Shown one piece after another: positions 51,601 to 63,379 of a stretch of 64,000 nt of DNA (within the stretch, counting starts at the first letter, position 1; each line of letters begins with the position of its first letter). The position numbers and the translations under genes are program-made. Origin of the DNA: Octopus sinensis (Eukaryota); assembly GCF_006345805.1 (NCBI RefSeq), contig NC_043015.1, positions 12,772,001 to 12,836,000 on the forward strand, given 5' to 3'. The notes under the pieces are model-generated. The model had not been told where the DNA came from, made no database searches, and was given only the letters and a program-made list of their open reading frames with translations.

Positions 51601-52053
51601 AGAGAAATCCAATGATAGTATATTGTGAATTTCACTGTTTACAGGATATTTCATTGATAATCTGCAGTTTAGCTGCAACTATTTGGTACCTATTTCTCAA
51701 GAGATCAAAAATCAAATCACCTGATTGCCTTAAGATACTGAGGTATATAATTCATTCCATGATCAACTTTGTGAAGTCTAAACAAATGCAATCAGCATTG
51801 CACCTATTAAAAGAAATATTACAATGTTAAATAGCTTCGTCCAGTTTATTATCCTCCATCATAATTGATTCCTTTCTCACTATCTCACTCAAAAATGTAT
51901 GCATGTAGTTTTTGTTTTTACCACTTGCATAACTAAGTATAGTTTTATATATATTTAGTTGTTCATTTGAATAAAATAAGGGGTATTTTGATGGGTGTAT
52001 GTGCAGATGACTGAGGGTTCTCAATTGAAGCTTTGCTCTTGTCTGGTGGTGAG

Positions 52054-52128
52054 GTAATAACTTGTGTGGTAATAACTTGTGTAGTAATAACTTGTGTGGT
52101 AATAACTTGTGTAGTAATAACTTGTGTG
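52054..52128. repeat. 15-bp minisatellite x5
   Basis: gtaataacttgtgt(g/a) with G and A alternating, giving a 30-bp super-period. Confidence 0.92.
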
Positions 52129-53512
52129 GAGAATCTCGGTGGAGGGAGTAGTATCAAGAAACTAAAAGTTAATTTCATTGTTAATTTACAAGCTGAATTT
52201 TCGCATGATCTGTTCATTTCAGTATTTTAATCATGTGTGAGATGAGGGATGCTAGACTAATTACCAGGTTGTACCCATCAACACACTTTACCAAACTGCT
52301 GAAATGGTTTCCTTTTTCAAAAGCTGTTGGAAGTTTTCCAGCATTTAGAAAACTTTGGAAGATAATATTCAAATATTTTAAATATTTTTGCAAGATTTCA
52401 AGAAAACCACTAGAATATTATCTGGTTTTGGAGCTAAGCCGGTTCTAAGATAATTAATAGAGCCTTCTATATATATATGTATTTTTTCACTAGTTACATG
52501 GGTGTGTGAGTTATTACTTTCTGTCTATTAAAGAAAATTTTAGTTAGTTGATATATATTTTTTTATAAGACTGCTACATATATCTGATGAATCAGTAGTG
52601 TATGATCCATCTTGACACTGGGGTTTTATAACAAGGCTCTCATAAGCAAAACCTAAATACACTGTAGATGTATGTATGTCTTTCAGTTGAAAAGCTAAAA
52701 TAAATGGCTATTATTTTTTAATTGTGTCAACATGCATAGAGTAAAGCTGTTATTCATTTGACAGAAAAAAAAAACTGTCTAGATTCATAAGATTATTATA
52801 AATAATTTCATTCTTTAAGTCAATTTTTAAGGGAGCAAAAATGAGGAACAGATGCTATGAAATGGAGAAGATGGAGATATATTGAGGAACAGATGCTATT
52901 TATTGAAGATCTTAGGTCTTCACTTAAACACTCAAAGATTCATTTTAGACTAATTTGATCATACAACTTTAACAATATCTATCAAAATCATTATTGTTTA
53001 TTTTACCATATTTACAGAATATCATCAAACATAGCAATACCATTTTAAGCAGTTCTCCACATCACATACACACGAGTATGCATGCGAGATGAATGCTCAT
53101 AACTTAAGGATTGCTCAATGACTTTAATACAGATTGCATAAAATAGATCCCTGACAATATGGCAGTTGCAATATGATAGCTGTGTGTGTATGTGTGTGAA
53201 TTGCATTTTTTTTTTTCTTTTCAAATTCACTCTTCAATTATCATTTATGGATCCGAGTTAAAAAAAAAAACATATATGTCATGAAAATCCATTATGTTAT
53301 ATTTGCAATTTAATCAAAAACACCAATTTATTGCAAGCAGTAAACTTAAATACAGTCAAAAAGATTACATACTTAAGCTAAACATTTGAAACATAAGAAA
53401 ACAATAGAAAGTATAAAATGAAAAGAAAATTAAGTTCTCATTTTTGTCTTTTGAAACAAATTTAGACTTTCAAAAAAAAAAAAAATTATAAAAGAAGATA
53501 TGCAATCTTCCT

Positions 53513-54192
53513 TTTCTTGTTTCAGTCATTTGACTGTGACCATGCTGGAATGCCACCTTTAGTCAAACAAACTGGCCCCAGGACTTATTCTTTGTAAGCC
53601 TAGTACTTATTTTATCAGTCTCTTTTGCCAAACTGCTAAGTTATGAGGATGTAAATGCATCAACATCAGTTGTCAAGCGATAGTGGGGGAACAAACACAT
53701 ACATATATATATATATATATTATTTCATTTTATTTATTAGGGAATAAAAATTCTGGCATCACGGCGATTCAAATTATTCTCAATGAAGAAATACATATGT
53801 TATTTAGAGATAGTAGTCCCCATCATCACACCATATAAAAGAATTTTAATTTAATTTAATACTTACTACTCATTTCACTGCTACGCGTGTTTCTTGAGGT
53901 TCTTTTACGATTCCTTAAGCACGCAGTGCTTTACAGGAACATTTCTTAAAATGTAACTGATGATTGGGGTTACATTTTAAGAAAGGTTCCTGAAAAACAT
54001 TCCGTGCTTAAGGAACCATAAAAGAACCTCAAGAAACACGTGTAGCAGAGAAATGAGTAGTAAGTATTAAATTAAGATTCTTTTATATGGTGTGATGATG
54101 GGGACTACTATCTCTAAATAACATATATATATATATATATACATACACGACAGGCTTCATTCAGTTTCTGCCTACCAAATCTACTCACACAG
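53513..54192 (-). mobile_element. SINE A/B interrupted in its microsatellite by a fold-back element
   Basis: Tail B at 53513-53700, partial head A at about 54148-54192. Confidence 0.65.
53795..54126. repeat. 332-bp near-perfect fold-back element
   Basis: Arms atatgttatttagagatagtagtcccc...tttcttaaaatgtaac and gttacattttaagaaa...ggggactactatctctaaataacatat with an 11-nt loop (53958-53968). Confidence 0.9.
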
Positions 54193-55844
54193 CAAGAGTA
54201 ATATCATTTCTGTTACCTCAACCAGAAGGTTTACTAAAACTGTCCTTATTCAGTAAATCTAAAACCAAACTTTAAAAAAAAATTAAATAATAAACACAAG
54301 TAATTCAACATATGATGTGCAATCCATAGGCACCATTGCAGGCTTCCCAGTCAAAAAGACAGTAATTCAAATAAGAAATGATACAAGGTGAAAGAGACTC
54401 TTTAGTTAATGCTCTGAGATAAAATACACCCAGTACAGCCTGGAGAATGGGTGCTGATTTTCACCCATAGAAAATACGCCAAAAATGGGATGTACAAGTA
54501 TGATCCCATAAGCAGCTTCAAAGTTTATCTGTCTATGAGGGAAATCACTCCAAATAACTGATGCATAGTAGAGAGGACAACCAGTCTAGTGCTGGTGTCA
54601 TGATAAAATGTACCTATGACGTACGCAACAGCAAAAGGGGATTGTTTTTCTCTGTTGTTTGGTAGAGAAGATAAAGTGAACCATGACCACCATGACAACC
54701 TGTCCATCAAGCCAACTTATAAAAATCGATGTATGTTACTGATAATGATGATAACTATGATGATATAAAGACCTTGTATTTCAGAAACAGTTGGGTGTTT
54801 AATACTGAGAATTAATGCATACAAGGAAGTGAACTTGCATCATCCAAGAAGTGTAACTAGTTCAGGTTTCAATTAACAAAGGCTTTCTTATTTTGCAGAT
54901 TTTACGAAGCCTTGAATAAGCATGCTGACACTTAAAGCTTATCAAACAGATGGCATCTCAAGAAATTTATACTGAACTTATATTTGTTATGAAGGTTCAG
55001 CTATGGAATATTTACTCTGATTGTAACAACGAACTATTAAGTTATTAAAATATTTGTTTTTAAAACAAGAATAAAACACTGAAATTTTTAAAAATAAGAA
55101 ATGAAGTCTTTTGACAGATTCTTTCTTTCTAGAATACTAGTGATACAAACAAATGGAAACTGATCATCTACGAACTGAACTTGACAAAAGAGACTCAACA
55201 AGAACTCATCTCTTCAAAACTATATTGGTTGATACCAAAGACGCTCACATCAAGAGTTTTAATGTGTTTGACCTTAAACTTAACTAGATCTAAACCACTA
55301 AGTTTTGAAAGATAGAAATAAATTTATTAGATTTCTTTATGTTTTGAATAAGATTTAATGTTTATTTAGGGTTAAATTTGATTTATTAGTTTGGCTTCAA
55401 TTCAAATGAAACATTTATGAAAATTTCCATATAGTATAGGATTATAGTCTTTATAGGGAAATACTTTATTCCAAAAGAGATTATCCCTCTACTTATCAAT
55501 AATCTTTGAATACAATTAAAGCAATAAAATTAAATGCTTGCTAACTCTCTCTCTTAAAACAATCTTATATAGCAAATCAATTATGTATGTAATATGCAAT
55601 AATTGTCTCTTAGGATACAGTAAATCTGCAAATAACAATTAGCAGGTAAATTTTCATATCACATGTCCATTCAGGATTTGAGTAAACTGTTGGTTACTGT
55701 ATAATTTGCATAAATATGTACATGTATATGTATGTACAGATGCATACATAAAGCTACGTGTATGTTGACTCACTGGCAATATTTTTTAATTTTCAGGCAG
55801 AAATACAAGCTAAATACACTTTTTTAAAAATGTTAATTTGCTCT

Positions 55845-56072
55845 TTAATCCTTTAGCATTTAAACTGGTCCTATCCAGTCCAAATATTCCACCTGTTTTA
55901 TGTTCAAACCTGTCAAATCCACCCTCTCACACCTATACTACAATGTCATTCTAAAAATAAACAATCATATCATTGAAATCTTAACACGAAAAGATAATAC
56001 ATGATTCATTCAAAACAATGTGAATAAATAAGCAGAACATTTCACAGAGTATTCTGAATGCTAAAGCGTTAA
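55845..56072. mobile_element. TTAA MITE family M1
   Basis: ttaatcctttagcattt...ctgaatgctaaagcgttaa. Confidence 0.75.
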
Positions 56073-57899
56073 GTCTGGTTCCACAAAGTGAATTATAACA
56101 AAATCAAAGGATGCAGTTCCTCACATTACACTGAAAATTGATGGAAAAGTATGGTCACCCCATGCTTCCATGGTATGAAGGGGTTGAGTTTTCTATGGCT
56201 GGATCTCATTTCCAAGTGAGGTAATAATCCTCAAATCACTCACTCAACAAACAGCCTGGACATGGTTTCACAGAGAAATGGAAACACTCTTTCCGAAGAA
56301 GTGGGGCTTTTGTTTATGACCAGCAAACATATGAAGATGAGTAGAAATATGAACTCGTTCACACAAAGACACACACACAGGGCTTATTTTCTGTCTGCCA
56401 ACTGGTTTTACTCACAAGATATTGATCAACCTATGGCTATAGTATAGGTTACCTGTCTATAACATCCATGCAGTGGAACTGAATCCCTAACCACAAGGTT
56501 TTAAAGTGAACCTCTTCACTCCACTACCATGTCTTCACTCACTCACACACAAATGCACTAGTGTGTGTTAGTCATATATATTTGGCATTTCTAAAGAATG
56601 ATGCAAAAATGTGATGTATAATTCAGGATTTCATAATGTATATAAAAAACAAACATTTTTTTAATAGATAATATAGATGATATTTCCTGAACATCATGTA
56701 TATGAATGGAAGAAATAACATTTGATTAATTAAAGATTCTGTATCAAAGCCCATTAAAAAGTCATGATGAGTATTTTCTGAATGTAAAAAGAAAGCCAGT
56801 AGAATATACCTTGCATCATTAAATTATATAAAACAATGTAAATTTGTCATACTGGTGTAGCTCATAGTTTAAAGCATTTGCTTCAATTGTATAATTTATG
56901 GACAGTCATTAATATTATACAAAATAAAACTTCCCAAGACTATATAATAAGTATTACTACTATGCCACTCCTTTAAGCTTTTCTTTTTATTATTTTTTGA
57001 CAATTTTCCATGTCACAGGCAAAATATATTCAGTCAAATGCAAAATGAAAAGCATTTATGATGAAACAAGATTTCCCACTCTTCTAGGAACTGATGTAAC
57101 AGCAGATACAATAATAATTAGAACACACACATCTATGAGTGTGTGTGGGCATGTGTAATGTCACAGAATAACTTTATAGAAATCAAAAATATCTGGAATT
57201 TCCTTTGAGATGGTCAGTTTTTCAATTTTATGCATGTCTTTTTCCTTCAAGTTTGGTACAGATAAAATTATTTTCTAAATTGTCTTTTTATTTTCTAGCT
57301 ATAGCGCACTCAACAAATTAGATTAATATAATTGATAAATACTGAATTTTGAGATAATTAAGCTTAAATCATTATTTCATTATCAGTCTACTTTAATTCT
57401 CTTTGAAGTCCATTATCGTCATGGTGAATATATAACAATCATATATGTTTTTTTTACTGTGAATGGTTTTGTTAAGCAGTGCCAATTTTTACAATTCTGT
57501 AAATAATAATAAAAGTATTTTATAAGCTTAAAGCTTATAGCGATCACTGTGCAATGACTAAAGAAAATAGTCTAATAATGGAGCATATAAAAAAAAGTAG
57601 GTTTTCCCGTACACATGGGTTTCGAACCCACATCTCTGTTTATGCAACCAATTATACCAGCAAACCTTCCTACTTTTTTTCTGTCAGATTTAAGAACTAT
57701 GATTAGTTTGTAGTTGTTTCTGTAAACAAACTTTCATGTACTTTTTTACTGCGAATGGTTTTGTTAAGGGCTACACAGTTTGTATTGTTGTTACTGGCTA
57801 AGCAACATAATTATGAGAACGGAACCAAGGGATAAGCCCTGCTCCCCCTGGAATTACTGGGTACGTCAGCTAGTATATATATATATATATATACACACG

Positions 57900-59212
57900 T
57901 ATTCCTTGGAAACAAATTGAGAAAGAGGTCCTCAAACAAAACTAGCCTAAATGTCTCTCCTCACCAGACATTGACATGAAATTTCAACAATTCATGTCTG
58001 TAATGCAAACTGTATGCTACATATGTGTCCCAGAGAGACAGGCCACTGTACACAAGAACAAAATCCCCAGGGAAAGGAAAGTTCTTATGAGATGGCATAC
58101 ACAAATTTCAAATTGCTTAAGCAAACAAACTGAAAGCAATGAAAAATCCCACCAGAAAATACAACTGCTGGAAATTGAAAAAAAATCTGCAACTCCTCCT
58201 ATGAAAAAGAAAGCAGAGTAAGAAGCCTGGGCTATAGACAATATAAAATCTAACCCCAGAGCCTTCTATAAGTTTGCCAAAGAAACAGCCTCAGTGCACT
58301 GCAGAGCAGGGCCACTCCACCAAAAAGATGGTTCACTTACAGGACACCCAATGAGGACAAGTGAAATACTAAATGAGCAATTCAAAAGTGTTTTCACTCC
58401 ACCCTTAGGACACTTGCAAGTCAGCAATCCAGCTGACTTTTTTGCCACTGCAGATATAAAAACTGAGGCAGTGATGATTGATCACTTCAATATAAAGATG
58501 ATGTTATAAGGGCTTTAAATGAGAGGAACTCGAACTCAGCTACTGGCCCTGATGAATTCTCAGCAATCCTTTTAAAATCATGTAAGCGAGTCCTAGCAAG
58601 AACACTGCCGTCTCTCTTCAGAGCTTCTTTCAACTGGCAAACTGGAAGGCTGAAGGAAGGGAAAAGATGTCCCATCCATAAAGGAGGTAGCAGAGTAGAG
58701 GCTAAAAACTATAGACCTGTCTCTCTGACCTTGCACATCAGCAAAGTCATGGAATGAATAGTCAGAAGAAAACTAATCACCTTCCTTGAGGAAAATGACT
58801 TGCTGATTGACACCCAACATGGTTTCCGACCAGGAAAAAGCTGTCTGACTCAGCTCTTACAACACTATGACTGGGTGTTGAAACAGCTGCTCAACAACTC
58901 AAATGTGGATGTGATATATCTTGGCTTTGCAAAGGCTTTCGATAAAGTCAATCATGGAATTATATGTACAAACTGTGTGAGCTCAGCATAGTCAGGAAAT
59001 TGGGAGAATAACTACATGACTTTCTGAAAGATAGAAGTCAAGCAGTAGTAGCCAATGGGGCCCACCTCTAATGACATGCAAATAGTGAGTGGTATTCCAC
59101 AAGGCAATGTTTTGAGACCACTGCTGTTAATAATGGCCCTCTCAGACATGCCCTCAGCCACACAGAGAGCCACGATTACAAGTTATGCAGATGATACAAA
59201 AATCTCACAGGT
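57900..59212 (+). pseudogene. Decayed CR1-like LINE ORF2 fragment
   Basis: IKSNPRAFYKFAK, ATGPDEFSAILLK, NYRPVSLT..SKVME, QHGFRPGKSCLTQLL, VDVIYLGFAKAFDKVNHG, GIPQG..LRPLL and SYADDTKI, with frameshifts. Confidence 0.85.
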
Positions 59213-59410
59213 GAATAGAAAAAGGAGAGGACATTATTTTGATACAACTACCTGCTTTAGCTTATGAAAATGTTAACTGGCAAAATGCTAATCATTGAAT
59301 GTGCTGAATTAAAGTGTAGTTTGTAAGCAAGTATTAATTATATGGTATGAGCTATAATAATTACACTTTGTTGGACTATTACTCTTATCTTGTGTGTTTT
59401 AGTTTATACA

Positions 59411-59950
59411 ATCATCATCATCGTTTAACGTCCGTTTTCCGCGCTAGCATGGGTTGGACGGTTTCGACCGGGGTCTGGGGAGCAAGGGACTGCCCCAGGC
59501 TCCAGTCTAGTCTGGCAGAGTTTCTACAGCTGGATGCCCTTCCTAACGCCAACCACTCCGCGAGTGTAGTGGGTGTTTTTTACGTGCCACCTGCACAGGT
59601 GCCAGAGGGGTCTGGCATCGGCCACGTTCGGATGGTGCTTTTTTTATGTGGGGGGGGTGCAGAAATATAGGGGAGCACCAGTGGGGAGGGGTGGTTCAGA
59701 GAAATGATGACAGGTTCTAGGCAAGTAGAACGTAGGATATCAAGAGAGGGGTAATGCATGGTGAAATAGCGTATTGAAGAGGGGGGTTCGAAGAGTAGAC
59801 ACCTATTATGGTGGTGGGAGAAGCGACATCCGGTATGGATGAAGCAAAAATATAGAGATATCCAGTATTGGTTGTGGGGGTGGGCAGGGCGGGTGCACCG
59901 TGAATACACGATGGTTGATGAATACACGAGAGGTGAGATGGGTAATGGAT
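59411..59950 (-). mobile_element. RTE 3' end with one UTR unit and a pyrimidine-rich upstream segment
   Basis: Terminus nearly identical to 19509-19680; one 62-bp-type unit at about 59585-59640. Confidence 0.7.
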
Positions 59951-61715
59951 AAATTAGTTAAAATAATTAGATAGATATAGAAATTAGTTAAAAATAGTTA
60001 GATAGATAAGAAAGCATGTATGATTGATGGGGAAGTGAAATAATAAATAAGCATTCAACTTATCTGTTAGATGAATGAATGAATGAAAGACCAGAAGTTT
60101 GGGGCTGCGTTTTTTTTTTTTTAAATGTTTTAATTAAATGGATTTTTTCTGAAGCTCTGTCACAGATCCTTTATTTCCTGAATATGACTCGTTTCATATC
60201 TAGTTGTCATCAGAGTACCTGATGATAACTAGAGATCAACTTAATTGAAAGATTGTGTAAACAGAAATACAAACAACAAGATTAAGACTTGGAAAAACTT
60301 ATGTTATATCCTGGAAGGGTCATTTTGCAAATAAAAAAAAAAACGTACAAGTTCTACTGTATTTCTTTTTATTCTTATTATTGATCAGCTAGCTGACAAA
60401 TTAATTATTTGATTGCTTGACTAATCAGTCGATCAGGCTATCAATCAGTAAATTTATGAGAGTCCTTTCATTGGCATTTGCAACTTTATCAATGATATGT
60501 CCTCATCACTCTATTATGAGGTATCCAAGCTCTTTAATTAAGTTATTAAACATACCATCTTTTTCCAAGTAATAAAACCATTTAAAAAGACAACCAACAA
60601 TTTTTCTCAATCATTGATAAAGTTTCAAATAGTATTCCTTGTCTTGTCTTTTAGTATTTTACTTATTTCAGTCATTTGATTGTGGCCATACTGGAGCACT
60701 GCATTGAAGGGTTTTAGTTGAACAAATCAAGCCCAGGACTTACTTTTTTTAAAACCTAGTCCCTATCAGTCCCTTTTGCCAAACTGCTAAGTTACAGAGA
60801 CATAAATACACCAACACCCATTGTCAAGTGGTAATGGGGGGGGGGACAAACACAATGCATATATATATATATGACGTGCTTCTTTCAGTCTCTGTCTTTG
60901 GTCAGCTCGAGGCTACAGTAGAAGGCATTTGCCCAAGCTGCAATGCAGGACTGAAACTGGTGCCATGTAGTTAGGAAGCAAGCTTCTTACCACACAGCTA
61001 TGTCCGTGCCTACACTTAGAAATTTCACATTTTTCTTTAATTACTCTAATTGATTGTATCTGAATACTTATTAAGATTAGCATCAAGCTCTCAAACTTTT
61101 CAAATTTGCTATTAGTTTTCATTCTGTGGACACATCAGATTTATATTTGTTCAGAGACAGAAACTAAATTACCCTTAAATTTTAAACTGTTGCTTTGGTT
61201 TGTGATATGGGATTTATCTATTTGTAAGGATTCTGCTTTCTTGAAATTGTAAAACTGCTTATGAGCTCTGTTTCATTCCTAGGGATTTGGGGAATGTTTT
61301 CTTTTGTATGTGGGTGTAATAGATAACTCAGTATTCCAGTTACAAGATTTATACCTAATAATTCTATTATTCATGTATCATCTAGGATACACAGTGAATT
61401 TTTTTTTAATCGCAAATGCTTTATATCTGCTTGCAAGTATAAAGTAAAGAGAGATGATGGTAGATTATGCTTTATATAAACAGAAATACAGAATAAGAAA
61501 TATATGGTTCTAGTTTTCATAATTAAAAACAGGTAGTGGAATTAATCTTAAGCAAACATAAATTTAAGGAAAACATTTCAGTTGTACAGCAAAGAAGACT
61601 GTTAAGCAGCTGTGATAAAGATTTAAATAAAGATTATGCTTAGTTTCTTTCTCTCTCTCTCTCTCTCTCTCTCTTTTTTACTTTGCTTTTGTAAACAAAT
61701 TTTAAGAATACTCAC

Positions 61716-61837
61716 CTGACAAAGAATAGTCGTTCTTTCTACTCTCACTGTCTCTTATTAAAAATGACCCATGTTCATTTTCAGGTAGTAGCAATTTCTT
61801 CTCTGCTTCAACACGGCGTATTTTCCCAAAGTACCAT
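61716..61837 (-). CDS. Src42A: Src42A/FRK-like kinase exon (N-terminal half of SH2)
   Basis: [40 protein letters not shown], with the FLIRDSES phosphotyrosine-binding motif. Acceptor tttttttcag at 61840-61838, donor GTGAGT at 61715. TCA G joins TT CGT of exon 2600-2763 in frame. Not in the ORF track. Confidence 0.96.
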
Positions 61838-62162
61838 CTGAAAAAAAGTAAAAAAATTCAAAATTAAATTGTATTCCAATAAGATTCACTTCTGCCTTAA
61901 ATAAAAACTGGCTATCAAAGAATGTGAAGACTTGACCCCTGTGTCATGCATAGAATCTTACTATGGCAATGCCAGTAATTTTACCAAAATAAGTATAAAT
62001 TCTAAAATCCATCCAAGTGTGAAAATATTTCTTGCAATAATTAGAGATTTCAAACTGTATAAGAGAGACAAAAAAATATAAACTGTGGATGGTTATGAAG
62101 TAGAAGGTAGAACTTGTCATAGATCTTTGTTTCAATTTCAATATATACAAAATTACCTATAT

Positions 62163-62561
62163 ACTCTTTACTCTTTTACTTGTTTCAGTCATTTGACTGC
62201 GGCCATGCTGGAGCACTGCCTTTAGTCGAGGAAATCGACCCCCAGGACTTATTCTTTGTAAGCCTAGTACTTATTCTATCAGTCTCTTTTGCCGAACTGC
62301 TAAGTGACGGGGACGTAAACACACCAGCATTGGTTGTCAAGCAATGTTGGGGGGACAAACACAGACACACAAACATATACACACATATACATATATATAT
62401 ACATATATACGATGGGCTTCTTTCAGTTTCCATCTACCAAATCTACTCACAAGGCTTTGGTTGGCCCGAGGCTATAGTAGAAGACACTTGCCCGAGGTGC
62501 CACGCAGTGGGACTGAACCCGGAACCATGTGGTTGGTAAGCAAGCTACTTACCACACAGCC
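62163..62561 (-). mobile_element. Young SINE A/B
   Basis: Nearly the same sequence and layout as 42911-43318. Confidence 0.85.
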
Positions 62562-63379
62562 AAGAATATTACTGACAGTGGTTTTGACATTTCTTTATGA
62601 AGCCATGGTTATACTCCAAAGCAGACTATATAATGCAAGATTAACCTCAGCCTAACTGGCAAAAACTCTGAAGTCACTGTCAATAATATTCTTACTTGAT
62701 CCCCCTCAAACTACATTGTTGCTGTGTGACTTGATTTACCAACCACATATTTTGGTACTAGTACTGGTGAGGTTATCCAGTAGCTTGCAATGTGATGGAT
62801 GGAGCAGATTTATTGTAGTGGGAACATTGCAGAGGAGAGAATAACAGAGGAAACAGTATTAGGAGAGAGCCAAGTAATAACAGAAAATAGAAGAGAAGGG
62901 AAGGGGAAGAGCAATGTCAAAGTTTGGTGTAAAGGAGGGAGGGAGAGAGAGAGAGTGTGTCACAGTAAAAGATAGCGGGGTGAGTGGGAAGCAGCATGAC
63001 CCCACATTATACATTGGAAGGTAAAGTGTTACATGCAGAAAAGATAATACAGGAGAGAAAGGGGGAAAGTAATATCAGGAAATGAGAGAGAGAGAGGGAG
63101 TGAGAGAGACACACAGAGACAAAGTCAGAAAGCAATAAAGGTGGATTGAGTAGGAATGAGTGCATATATATATATATACCTTATATAAGTACATATTATA
63201 TAAACAGACAACTGATAGAAAATGGAATGAACAACATTCTTTCTTTAAAATCACTACAATTGTTTCAACACATTTTTACATCTGTAATACATTGGTAGGA
63301 TGTGTAATTATCATACATCGAAGGTGTAAAATGAGTAGCATTCTACAAGGTTTTCATCTGAATCTCAATGCTTGAAAGG

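Larger units (their letters stand above)
2764..61715 (-). other. 58,952-bp intron splitting the SH2 domain
   Basis: GT..AG boundaries between two exons that join in frame as YSLS|VRDG with no SH2 sequence missing. Confidence 0.9.

Noticed and set aside
60186-60232. 14-bp hairpin with CTGATGA on both strands and a downstream GAAAC-GA-GTC
   Set aside because: No stem II or stem I can form, so it is not a supportable hammerhead; kept only as a short inverted repeat.
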